Assembly: GCA_023246195.1 (NCBI GenBank)
Contig: JAHFIW010000002.1
Location: 4,259-68,258, forward strand
Source: a bacterium
GTDB lineage: Bacteria > Patescibacteriota > Patescibacteriia > SG8-24
Direction: 5' to 3'
DNA length: 64,000 nt
The stretch's first letter is position 1, and the number at the start of each line of letters is the position of its first letter. Made by a program: the position numbers and the translations under genes. This document shows, in pieces, positions 56,175 to 64,000 of the stretch. The notes below the pieces were generated by a model. It saw only the letters and a program-made list of their open reading frames with translations, did not search any database and had not been told where the DNA came from.

Positions 56175-57323
56175 ATGCGCTTCATCTGTCAAAAATATCT
56201 GGTAAGAGGGGCCGCGTTTGCCATGATCGCGGCCCTTTCGACTTTCTCCGGGCCTGTCATCGCCGCGGAAAATCTGGCAGACGCCGTCGCCAAGGCGAAT
56301 CTGCAGTCGGTGTACGCATCGCGCACCGACTTGCAGCGGTTTTTTGACGAGAACGGCGTCGCCACCGTTGCGATGAAGCAGAAGGGGTTGGCTTCATTGG
56401 AAGAGTGGGCGCGCAAGTACGGCAGTCAGGAATATCCGGACGCTCTCGGGGCATATGCCACGGCGCCGATGGCGATTGCGACGACCGCTCCCCGTGCGCT
56501 CAAGGAAAGGTCTGCGGCGCTGATGCCCGCGAGGTCAACCGGTGCCGCGTTTAACTTTTCGAAACTCACGGCGAAGGAGGTCATCGTGGTGGATGACGGC
56601 AGCCGCAAGATACTGCTTTCAAAAAATGCGCAGGTGCCGCGCTCCCTCGCCTCCATTTCAAAATTGATGACGGCGCTCGTCTCGACGGACCGCGGTTTGT
56701 CCATGAACTCGACCGGCACCATCGTCAGCGAAGACGAGGTCGGCGGCGCGCGTCTGCGTGTGACTTCGGGGACGCCGCTGACCATTCGCGAGATTTTCGA
56801 TTCGATGCTCATCGGCTCGGCCAACAACGCTGCAAATGCCGTGGCGCGATCCACGGGGTTGGCAAAGTCGGACTTCGTAGCTGCAATGAACGACAGGGCT
56901 CGTGCGATGGGTCTCACGTCGACGACCTTCGTCGACCCTTCGGGCATCGAGGTCGAGAATATTTCCACTGCCACGGACGTGGCAGCACTTGCTTTCGAGG
57001 CCTTCGACAATCCGCAGGTGAGGCGTGCCACGACCACATCCTCGTTCACGCTGGTTGCCGCCAGCCAAACGCACACGGTGAAGAACACCGACTGGCTGCT
57101 CACTGACGCCAAGAACGGCCTGTATGTCATGGGCGGAAAGACCGGCTATCTGAACGAATCCGGCTGGAATTTCGCGGTAAGGATAAAAGACGCCCGTCAG
57201 CATCCGCTGCTCATTGTCGTCATGGGCGCAAGCGACCAGCGGGAGTCGTTCAATGAAGCCTCTGCGCTGGCCAAATGGACTTGGTCCAACTACAAGTGGA
57301 CGGCGTCGAAGTCAAAAAAATAG
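56175..57323 (+). CDS. dacA: D-alanyl-D-alanine carboxypeptidase (peptidase S11, PBP5/6-like)
   Basis: Signal peptide. SISKLMTA (SxxK), SAN/SGN and KTG (GGKTGY) motifs. Confidence 0.8.
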   Translation: MRFICQKYLVRGAAFAMIAALSTFSGPVIAAENLADAVAKANLQSVYASRTDLQRFFDENGVATVAMKQKGLASLEEWARKYGSQEYPDALGAYATAPMAIATTAPRALKERSAALMPARSTGAAFNFSKLTAKEVIVVDDGSRKILLSKNAQVPRSLASISKLMTALVSTDRGLSMNSTGTIVSEDEVGGARLRVTSGTPLTIREIFDSMLIGSANNAANAVARSTGLAKSDFVAAMNDRARAMGLTSTTFVDPSGIEVENISTATDVAALAFEAFDNPQVRRATTTSSFTLVAASQTHTVKNTDWLLTDAKNGLYVMGGKTGYLNESGWNFAVRIKDARQHPLLIVVMGASDQRESFNEASALAKWTWSNYKWTASKSKK

Positions 57324-57429
57324 TCATTTTTAGCAAAATAAGGCGCATTTCCATGCGTCTTTTTTGTCCCCTTCACGTCGGCGTAATCGCTGCTATACTC
57401 CGTCGGGCAGTTCTTTCATAGGAGGTACC

Positions 57430-58002
57430 ATGTCTGCTGTTCGTAAGAAGGGCACCATCGAAGTCATCGTCGGCTGCATGTCGTCGGGCAAGAGCGAGGA
57501 GCTGATTCGGCGCATGCGTCGCGCCTCCATCGCCAAACTCGGCACCATCGTGTTCAAACCGGCACACGACATCCGCACCGACGCGCTCACCATCGCCTCG
57601 CGCGACGGTGCCACGCATCACGCGGTATCGGTTGAGCGCAGTGCCGACATCCTGGAATGCGTGCGCGATGAGCACCGCGTGGTCGGCATCGACGAGGCCC
57701 AGTTTTTCGACGAGGGCATCGTGCGGGTCGCCGCCGCGCTGGTCGATCGCGGCACCCGCGTCATCATCGTGGGTCTCGACACTGACTACCGCGGCGAGCC
57801 GTTCGGCGCGTTGCCGCAGTTGATGGCCGTCGCCGATTCCGTCACCAAACTGCAGGCGGTCTGCATGTGCTGCGGCGCTCCGGCAAACCGTACGCAGATC
57901 ACGGTTACTCCGCCCTCTCAGGATCTCGGTTCGTCCGAGTTCGTGGGCGGCGACGAAAAATACGAGGCGCGCTGTCGTGACTGCCACGACGTGCCGCGCT
58001 GA
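57430..58002 (+). CDS. tdk: Thymidine kinase
   Basis: GCMSSGKSEELIRR P-loop, DEAQFF, C-terminal zinc-binding CMCCGAP...CRDCH. Confidence 0.9.
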   Translation: MSAVRKKGTIEVIVGCMSSGKSEELIRRMRRASIAKLGTIVFKPAHDIRTDALTIASRDGATHHAVSVERSADILECVRDEHRVVGIDEAQFFDEGIVRVAAALVDRGTRVIIVGLDTDYRGEPFGALPQLMAVADSVTKLQAVCMCCGAPANRTQITVTPPSQDLGSSEFVGGDEKYEARCRDCHDVPR

Positions 58003-58038
58003 ATCAAAAACCCTCCGAGGTCATCGGAGGGTTTTTTC

Positions 58039-58599
58039 TTAATGGGTCAGCCCCATGATTTCCTGGCTCTGGTGCTTGCGGTCATTCTCGACCAGCTCCA
58101 GCAGCTGTTTGCGGACCCTGTCTGGATGCGGGACATCGATAAACTCGAACCGTTCACGTTCTCCGGCCGTCTGGATGTAGACGTTGCCGAAGTCCATCAG
58201 CGAATGCAGGACGCCTTTGATTTCGGAAGTCACGTCCTGCACGCGGGCCAGGTCGAGTTCTGCCACCGTGCGCGAGAACATGCCCTGTTGCGAGACGTCG
58301 AGGACGCGGACGGTGGTCACCAGATAGACGTCGAGGAAATAGTCGATGGCTTTGGTGATGAAGAACAGCCAGAGCATCAGGTAGAAGGCGCTGGCGAAGA
58401 GCACCATGATCGGTTTGGAAACGGAGCCGGTAAGCAATGTGGGCCAAACGTCCTTGAACATGACGTACAGGCCGATCGGCAATGCCGTGAGCACAAGCAG
58501 CATCGCGATTTCTCCGAGGAAGGTAATCCAATGGCTGCGCATCTGAAAGATGATGCTCTCGTCGGGATCCTTCTTGATAAGTATGTCTAGGTCCATCAT
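58039..58599 (-). CDS. Membrane-flanked bacterial PH-like (bPH_2/YdbT-like) domain protein
   Basis: Two TM helices followed by a bPH_2-like segment (VYLVTTVRVLDV...NVYIQTAGE). Confidence 0.5.
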   Translation of the reverse strand: MMDLDILIKKDPDESIIFQMRSHWITFLGEIAMLLVLTALPIGLYVMFKDVWPTLLTGSVSKPIMVLFASAFYLMLWLFFITKAIDYFLDVYLVTTVRVLDVSQQGMFSRTVAELDLARVQDVTSEIKGVLHSLMDFGNVYIQTAGERERFEFIDVPHPDRVRKQLLELVENDRKHQSQEIMGLTH

Positions 58600-58853
58600 A
58601 ACGAGGGTTGGATTGAGGAAAACGGTATGGCGATGTTGATTTGCTGGCTCCAATCCGTACCAATGAGCGCCTGCCAGGTGAAGAAGAAAACGAACACCGC
58701 GCCGGCCAGGAAAGCGAAGGTTGCCAAGAAGCTGCCGTGCGAGGTTGCGCCGTAGCGCACCAGATTATGGATGCTGTAGAGGGACATGAACAGGAACAGC
58801 GCCACGATGACGCCGTACGGGATGAGGATGAGAGTGATGGGGAAGCTGAACAT
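58596..58853 (-). CDS. Hypothetical small membrane protein
   Basis: ~85 aa, two TM helices. 4-nt overlap with downstream gene. Confidence 0.35.
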   Translation of the reverse strand: MFSFPITLILIPYGVIVALFLFMSLYSIHNLVRYGATSHGSFLATFAFLAGAVFVFFFTWQALIGTDWSQQINIAIPFSSIQPSL

Positions 58854-58857
58854 AGTT

Positions 58858-59904
58858 CTAGTCGATGAGATGCTCTTGCCCTTGGTAGGGAATGCCCAAA
58901 TGGGCATAGGCGTGTGGAGTGGCTACTCGTCCGCGCGGCGTGCGGTTGAGGAAGCCCAGCTGCAGCAGGAACGGCTCATGTACCAGTTCCAGCGTGTCGA
59001 TTTCTTCCGACGTAGCGGCGGCCAGCGTCTGCAGGCCGACCGGCCCTCCGCCGAACTTGACGATGATGGTGTGCAGGATGCGCCTGTCGGTAGGATCGAG
59101 ACCGTGACCGTCGATTTCCAGCATGGTCAGCGCGGCTTCGGTAACCTCGGCATCGATGCGTCCTCCGGCCTTCACGTCGGCGAAGTCGCGGACGCGTTTC
59201 AGAAGACGGTTGGCGATGCGCGGCGTTCCCCGCGAGCGCGAGGCAATGAGCGTGGCGGCTTCCATCGGCAGCTCCGTGCCCAAGATGCCGGCGCTGCGGA
59301 CGACGATCGTTGCCAGTTCGTCGACGGTGTAGAACTCGAGGTGATAGGTGGAACCGAAGCGGTCGCGCAGCGGAGAGGAGAGCAGGGACAATCGCGTGGT
59401 GGCGCCAATGAGCGTGAAGCGCGGGATGTCGAGCCGGACCGTGCGCGCCGACGGCCCCTTGCCGATGACGATGTCCAGCGCGAACTCCTCCATGGCAGGA
59501 TACAGCACTTCTTCGATGACGCGGTTCATGCGGTGAATCTCGTCGATGAACAGGATGTCGCCCTTCTCCAAGTTGGTGAGAATCGCGGCGATGTCACCGA
59601 CGCGTTCCAGTGCCGGACCGGAAGTGGTGCGTACGCGCACGCCGAGTTCTTCGCCCATGATGTGCGCCAGCGTGGTCTTGCCGAGACCGGGGGAGCCGTA
59701 AAAGAGCACATGCTCCAACGGTTCGTTGCGCATCTTTGCGGCATCGATAAAAATCCCGAGGTTCTCGCGCATTTTGGCCTGCCCGACGAACTCCGAAAGA
59801 CGACGCGGTCGCAAAGTCAGGTCGAAGGCCTGTTCGCCGTTTTCGACCTGCGGTTCGAGCAGAGTCTCCGCCATCGGTTCTGCGATTTCTGTATGGATGT
59901 CCAT
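58858..59904 (-). CDS. ruvB: Holliday junction branch-migration ATPase RuvB
   Basis: [11 protein letters not shown] Walker A, DEIHR Walker B, RuvB C-terminal winged helix. Confidence 0.95.
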   Translation of the reverse strand: MDIHTEIAEPMAETLLEPQVENGEQAFDLTLRPRRLSEFVGQAKMRENLGIFIDAAKMRNEPLEHVLFYGSPGLGKTTLAHIMGEELGVRVRTTSGPALERVGDIAAILTNLEKGDILFIDEIHRMNRVIEEVLYPAMEEFALDIVIGKGPSARTVRLDIPRFTLIGATTRLSLLSSPLRDRFGSTYHLEFYTVDELATIVVRSAGILGTELPMEAATLIASRSRGTPRIANRLLKRVRDFADVKAGGRIDAEVTEAALTMLEIDGHGLDPTDRRILHTIIVKFGGGPVGLQTLAAATSEEIDTLELVHEPFLLQLGFLNRTPRGRVATPHAYAHLGIPYQGQEHLID

Positions 59905-60363
59905 GTTTAGGCGATACACGCGGTCATTTTCGACCATTTTGATGGGTTTATTGTATAGGAATGCGTGTGAATTGCACAGGTGAACGGAAAGTGAGTTAAA
60001 ATTTGTCGACAGACAATCCCCACCCACGGTATTCCCGTGCGGGAGTGAGTTGTGCGGATCGCCGCCGTGCAATGGGTACGAACAAGGTTCATCGATGCTG
60101 GCGTTGGGCGCGGTGATGCTGTTCTTCATGGCACTGCTGAATTGGTATGCGGCAGCGCGGAAAGAAATACTTCCGCGACTCTACGCCCTCGCGTATGCCG
60201 CCGTAGTAATAGCCTGCACAGTCGCGCTTCAGTCGGCATTTCGTTAGGGTCTGCTGCATTCACCCAATAAACGGGTGGATTTTTTACGGCTCTTCCCCAG
60301 GTCGTTCATTTTGATCGAGCCGTCGTAACGCAAAAGCCGCAGAAAAATCTGCGGCTTTTGCGT

Positions 60364-60448
60364 GGTGCCCGGGGCCGGACTCGAACCGGCATGTCCTTTC
60401 GGACGGGAGATTTTAAGTCTCCAGTGTATACCATTTCACCACCCGGGC
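60364..60448 (-). tRNA. tRNA-Leu (anticodon TAA), long variable arm, CCA encoded
   Basis: Reverse complement GCCCGGGTGGTGAAATGGTATACACTGGAGACTTAAAATCTCC...GGTTCGAGTCCGGCCCCGGGCACCA. Confidence 0.85.
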
Positions 60449-60488
60449 GCGCGAAAAACATACGGCATTTCTGCGCACCTGTCCATTG

Positions 60489-61490
60489 TTAGCGCTTCGA
60501 TTTTTTATTGAACGCCGCAACTGCTTCATCAATTTCACCCGTGTCAAACCGGATCGTCGGCGGCGGGGTCGTCATGCCGAGTACTTTGTAGACGTCATCT
60601 TCCGTCCGCGATGCCAACCGTTTCTTCCCGCGCCAAATCCCGTACTCGTTCAGCTTCAGGCCTTTCGCGATAGCCATCTTGCGGACGGTGACATTGTGAT
60701 TCTTGTCGCCGGTGAAGTATTGCAGCGCGGCACCGAAGCTCTCGTCGGGGATGACGCGGACGTCGGCGTGCATGCCATTGGTAAGGCGCACCGTCGTTTT
60801 GGTGGGGCCGTGCTCCAGCACTTCGGACACGTCGCGGAAGCCGGTGAACACTGCCATGACTTTCTCGGGGCGCGAAGTCGTCACCAGGATGTCGATGTCG
60901 CCTATGGTCGCTTGGCGTCGTCGGATTGAGCCGGCGACTTCGGCCTGCTTCACTCCGCGAATGGTCCGCAGTTCCGCGACCATGCGCTCGGCAATTGGCA
61001 GCACCTCGCCAAGCAGGTGCCGTCCCGTGACGGTTTTCATTCGCGCAAGGCTCTGGCGGATTTTTTCTTCCGTCTTGGCGCCGAGCCCCGGAAGTTTTGA
61101 CAGCATTTCGCTGTTCGTCGCGCGCTCAAGGTCGGCAAGCGTTTTTACTTTGAGTTTCTGGTAGAGAAGCTTGGCCCGCTTGGCGCCGATCTCATCGACG
61201 GAAGTAAGCAGCAGCAAATCCATCGGATAGCGCTTTTTGCACGCGCGATACTCCGCGAACGTTCCCGTCTTGAGCAGCTTCTCGACATGAAGGCTGATGG
61301 CGTCGCCGACGCCTTCAATCTTTCGGAGCGCCTTGCGCCCGCCTGCCTCATACAGCGCGTCGGCTTGTTCGTGCGCGCCAGAAAGCGCGTCCGCCGCGCG
61401 TTCGTAGGCGGCCGGCTTGAACGCGATGTCATCCATTTCGTAGCAGAGAGACATCTCCCGGAGGACGTTGGCGATTTCCTGGTTCGTCAT
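60489..61490 (-). CDS. DNA polymerase X family protein (Pol beta-like nucleotidyltransferase with HhH motifs, no PHP domain)
   Basis: N-terminal HhH repeats (IEGVGDAI, LPGLGAKT). Catalytic GSIRRRQATIGDIDILV Pol-beta palm aspartates. Confidence 0.75.
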   Translation of the reverse strand: MTNQEIANVLREMSLCYEMDDIAFKPAAYERAADALSGAHEQADALYEAGGRKALRKIEGVGDAISLHVEKLLKTGTFAEYRACKKRYPMDLLLLTSVDEIGAKRAKLLYQKLKVKTLADLERATNSEMLSKLPGLGAKTEEKIRQSLARMKTVTGRHLLGEVLPIAERMVAELRTIRGVKQAEVAGSIRRRQATIGDIDILVTTSRPEKVMAVFTGFRDVSEVLEHGPTKTTVRLTNGMHADVRVIPDESFGAALQYFTGDKNHNVTVRKMAIAKGLKLNEYGIWRGKKRLASRTEDDVYKVLGMTTPPPTIRFDTGEIDEAVAAFNKKSKR

Positions 61491-61589
61491 ATGCGGAAGT
61501 GTAGCAAAAGAGGCGATTTTGCGCAGCGTTGTCGTCGCTGCAATTAAAAACGCGCGCCAGCAGAAGCTGGCGCGCGTAGCTCGTTCCTC

Positions 61590-62123
61590 TCACTCTTCGC
61601 AGCAGGAGCCTGCGTAGTCGCCGTGCACGAGGACGGCGGGGCTGTCCACGCAGATGGTCTGCGCACTGCCGACGGTGCCCGGCGGGACGCTACCCACCGG
61701 CGGGAAGTGGCAGATCAGCGTCTTCATCGGCGGGCATTCGCGCGGCTCGCCCGGTTTGCCCGGATGGTCATGTCCGACGCAGTGCAACACGCACTTGCCG
61801 TCGCTGCAGATTTGGCCACCGAGGCACTCTGCATCCGCTTGGCATGCGGACCCGCTGTCGGAGTTTCCTCCGGCATCTTCCGCGGCTCCGCCGTCGGAGG
61901 AAGCGTCACCGGCGGTGACACCGGCATCGTTGCCGGCGTCGTCACTGGTTGCGGTTCCGCCGTCGGTCGAATCGTTGCTCCGGAAGGTGATTCCGGAGTC
62001 ATCGTCTGATGCCGCTCCGGCGCTGATGCCGTTGCCGGCGCCGTTGGCTACTCCCACGGCACAGCCAGTGGCCGCCGCGCAGATGAACATCAGCGAAAGT
62101 GCCGCAAAAAGTACCTTTTTCAT
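61590..62123 (-). CDS. Secreted Gly/Asp/Ser-rich, Cys-rich lipoprotein
   Basis: Lipobox AAATGC. Low-complexity acidic linker. C-terminal Cys-rich module (CQADAECLGGQICSDGKC ... CCEE). Confidence 0.45.
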   Translation of the reverse strand: MKKVLFAALSLMFICAAATGCAVGVANGAGNGISAGAASDDDSGITFRSNDSTDGGTATSDDAGNDAGVTAGDASSDGGAAEDAGGNSDSGSACQADAECLGGQICSDGKCVLHCVGHDHPGKPGEPRECPPMKTLICHFPPVGSVPPGTVGSAQTICVDSPAVLVHGDYAGSCCEE

Positions 62124-62268
62124 TGATTTACCTCGGTTGTAAGGACCCTGTGTAGTCATTAGTAAAGCATAAAATCGCCTGATTGTCAAGATTGCCACGG
62201 CCTTGTCCGGTAGTCTAAATGTATCCAAAATGCTAAGCTCGTTTCGTCATTATCTCATCAAGGTTGCT

Positions 62269-62448
62269 ATGCCAAAGGTGTGCACAGAATGCGGATTTGC
62301 CGGACCGACGCCCGAACCGCCACTTCCGCCGAAGGGTGCCGGAACGGTTTCTCCCGTAGAGGAACCCAGCAAATGCCTGAACTGCGGCAAGGAACGTACG
62401 ATGGAAGAAGTTGCAGACTTGCCGAGCGGCGAGGAAGAACAGGAGTAG
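62269..62448 (+). CDS. Small zinc-ribbon protein
   Basis: 59 aa with CTEC-...-CLNC spacing and an acidic tail. Confidence 0.35.
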   Translation: MPKVCTECGFAGPTPEPPLPPKGAGTVSPVEEPSKCLNCGKERTMEEVADLPSGEEEQE

Positions 62449-62574
62449 AAGCAAAAACCGCGGTTGCCCCGCGGTTTTTGCTTGTCTTGACGTGGGCTCG
62501 ATTCTGCGATATTTTAACGCGTCCCCAAGCCAAGTGGCGACGGGATGACACGACGTCTGCAAAAGGAGCATAGG

Positions 62575-63780
62575 ATGGAAGTTTCAACTAGTTGGATGAT
62601 CGACGGCGAGGTCATCACCCATCGCGTGAGTGCGATCATCGCGTCCGGCGCGAAGATCGTCGTATCGGCTACCGGCGCGGGACTTGGACTTCAGGGATTG
62701 ATCGGCGCCGCCAGCGGTGCGTCGAAGGTGCTGCTCGAGGCAATCACTCCGTATGCGCATCTGGCGCTCTGTGATTTCATCGGACGCATGCCCGACAGGT
62801 TCAGTTCGGACGACGTCGCTTTGTGGATGGCTTCGGCCTCGCATAGGCGAGCGCAGGAGTTGGCCATGCGTGAGGGCCGTTTGCGTGACAATTGCATCGG
62901 TGTGGGCATCAGCGGCAGCATCCGCACGTTGCAGCCCAAGAAGGGTCCGCACGTGGTGCACATCGCCACGCGAAGCAACGACGGCTTTGCGGTCATGACG
63001 GTCAACTTCGAAAAGGAGCTACTCTCACGTGAGCAGGAAGCGGACCTGTGCGACACGCTGGGTCTCGAGGCGCTCTTTTGCGCGGTAGCGGGCAGCACAG
63101 GCGTATCCAGAACGCCCTTCGTGCACGCCTCCGGCATGACCTCCGACCAGCTTGTCGGTCGGCCGACGGGTCCGGTGACGATCGTGCCGAAAAAGGTGCC
63201 GCCGCTTTCGTTGGGAGACGAGGAGGTCTTCGGCAAGCCGGTATTCTTGTCCGACGGCTCGCGAACTCGTCTCGCCAATCTCGACAAGGACCTCCATATC
63301 CTGTTTCCGGGCTCCTTCAACCCGTTGCAGTACGGTCATGAGCGAATGGCGCTGCTGGCCGAGCAGATGACGGAAAAGAAGGTGGTGTTCTGCATCACCA
63401 ACAAGCATCCCGATAAGGGAGAGCTGGCCGAAGCGGATCTCGTTTCGCGCGCGGAGCAGTTTCGCTGGCGTTGGCCAGTGGCCTTCACTCGCGGCGATGC
63501 GCTCTACATCGACAAGGCCAGGCAGTTTTCCGGATTCGGGTTCCTGATCGGTGCCGATGCCGCGCTCGGCATCCTCGATCCCAAGTACTACGGCGGCGTC
63601 ATCGGACGCGACGCGGTGCTCCGGGAATTTCGCTGCCTCCGTACCAAGTTCCACGTCGTCGGTCGGGTGGTCAACGGAGAGTTCATCTCTCCCGAAAATC
63701 TCCCCGTCCCTCCGGAATTCGAAAAGCTGTTCAGGCCGGTCACCGGCCGCTGGGACATCCGTTCTAGCGACTTGCGTTGA
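62575..63780 (+). CDS. Two-domain protein: CinA-C/PncC-like N-terminal domain fused to a nucleotidyltransferase (NadD/NMNAT-like, HxGH) domain
   Basis: C-terminal FPGSFNPLQYGHERM = (T/H)xGH motif of cytidylyl/adenylyl-transferases. The N-terminal domain assignment is tentative. Confidence 0.45.
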   Translation: MEVSTSWMIDGEVITHRVSAIIASGAKIVVSATGAGLGLQGLIGAASGASKVLLEAITPYAHLALCDFIGRMPDRFSSDDVALWMASASHRRAQELAMREGRLRDNCIGVGISGSIRTLQPKKGPHVVHIATRSNDGFAVMTVNFEKELLSREQEADLCDTLGLEALFCAVAGSTGVSRTPFVHASGMTSDQLVGRPTGPVTIVPKKVPPLSLGDEEVFGKPVFLSDGSRTRLANLDKDLHILFPGSFNPLQYGHERMALLAEQMTEKKVVFCITNKHPDKGELAEADLVSRAEQFRWRWPVAFTRGDALYIDKARQFSGFGFLIGADAALGILDPKYYGGVIGRDAVLREFRCLRTKFHVVGRVVNGEFISPENLPVPPEFEKLFRPVTGRWDIRSSDLR

Positions 63781-63907
63781 AACCGGTTACGCCGCGCTCT
63801 CTGAGCGCGGTCTTTTTATTTGGCGGCGAGGCGTGTCACGCCCCGGCGATTCGTTTCACGGACAGCATAAACAAAAAGGCCCACCACCGGAGTGGTCGGC
63901 CGTTTTG

Positions 63908-63982
63908 TGGAGCGGGTAGGGGGAGTCGAACCCCCATCTTCACCATGGCAAGGTGACATAATAGCCGCTATACGATACCCGC
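63908..63982 (-). tRNA. tRNA-Gly (anticodon GCC), CCA encoded
   Basis: Reverse complement GCGGGTATCGTATAGCGGCTATTATGTCACCTTGCCATGGTGAAGATGGGGGTTCGACTCCCCCTACCCGCTCCA. Confidence 0.85.
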
Positions 63983-64000
63983 ATTTGCCATTGGTGAAAC

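Noticed and set aside
1-64000. CRISPR arrays, transposases, phage structural genes, toxin-antitoxin pairs
   Set aside because: No regularly spaced direct repeats and no recognisable IS, phage or TA motifs were found on either strand.

Overview
This is a moderate-GC (~55-60%) bacterial chromosomal segment. The gene content looks CPR/Patescibacteria-like: a tandem array of small TrbC/VirB2-type 'T4SS pilin' genes, lone solute-binding proteins, many lipoproteins, and envelope/glycosylation genes. That attribution is an inference, not a search result.

**Housekeeping genes called from sequence:** nfo, tig, H+-pyrophosphatase, rpsO, pnp, lspA, a dksA-family gene, comM/yifB, xerC/D-family recombinase, ruvB, tdk, galU, PolX, and an LPS/glycan-type cluster (sugar transferase, Wzx, Wzy/O-antigen-ligase-like, DPM-synthase-like GT2s, and three very large polytopic membrane proteins).

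**tRNAs called by hand-folding (five):** Arg(TCT), His(GTG, with encoded G-1), Ser(CGA), Leu(TAA), Gly(GCC). All encode CCA.

**Most interesting observations:**
1. A duplicated, apparently undescribed genetic module is present in two diverged copies, at ~16.07-16.89 kb and ~51.84-52.69 kb. Each copy has the same order: a shared promoter/TSS motif, a 172-190 aa paralogous protein with a strongly conserved C-terminal half (ELLAYGAE.PEEQR..PIVALGSSWV ... RFLAR.K), an intrinsic terminator whose hairpin is kept by compensatory changes, and a ~70-nt conserved non-coding element (GAGACGAAACAGCYTGYGGCYACGGTTKCAGGCGGTCAAA.CTGGG...GAATGACG). Copy 1 is followed by xerC and then tRNA-Arg/tRNA-His. Copy 2 sits in a ~70% GC islet abutting the 3' end of tRNA-Ser.
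2. Six tandem VirB2/TrbC-like pilin paralogs, with a 68-bp perfect repeat between two of them, sit next to two lone solute-binding protein genes.
3. A NYN-domain gene is inserted between rpsO and pnp.
4. There are two DnaA-box clusters: one at the window start with an AT-rich tract (a possible oriC fragment), and one at ~10.93-11.02 kb.

No CRISPR arrays, transposases or phage structural genes were seen. Many long antisense ORFs in the six-frame track are GC-driven artefacts.
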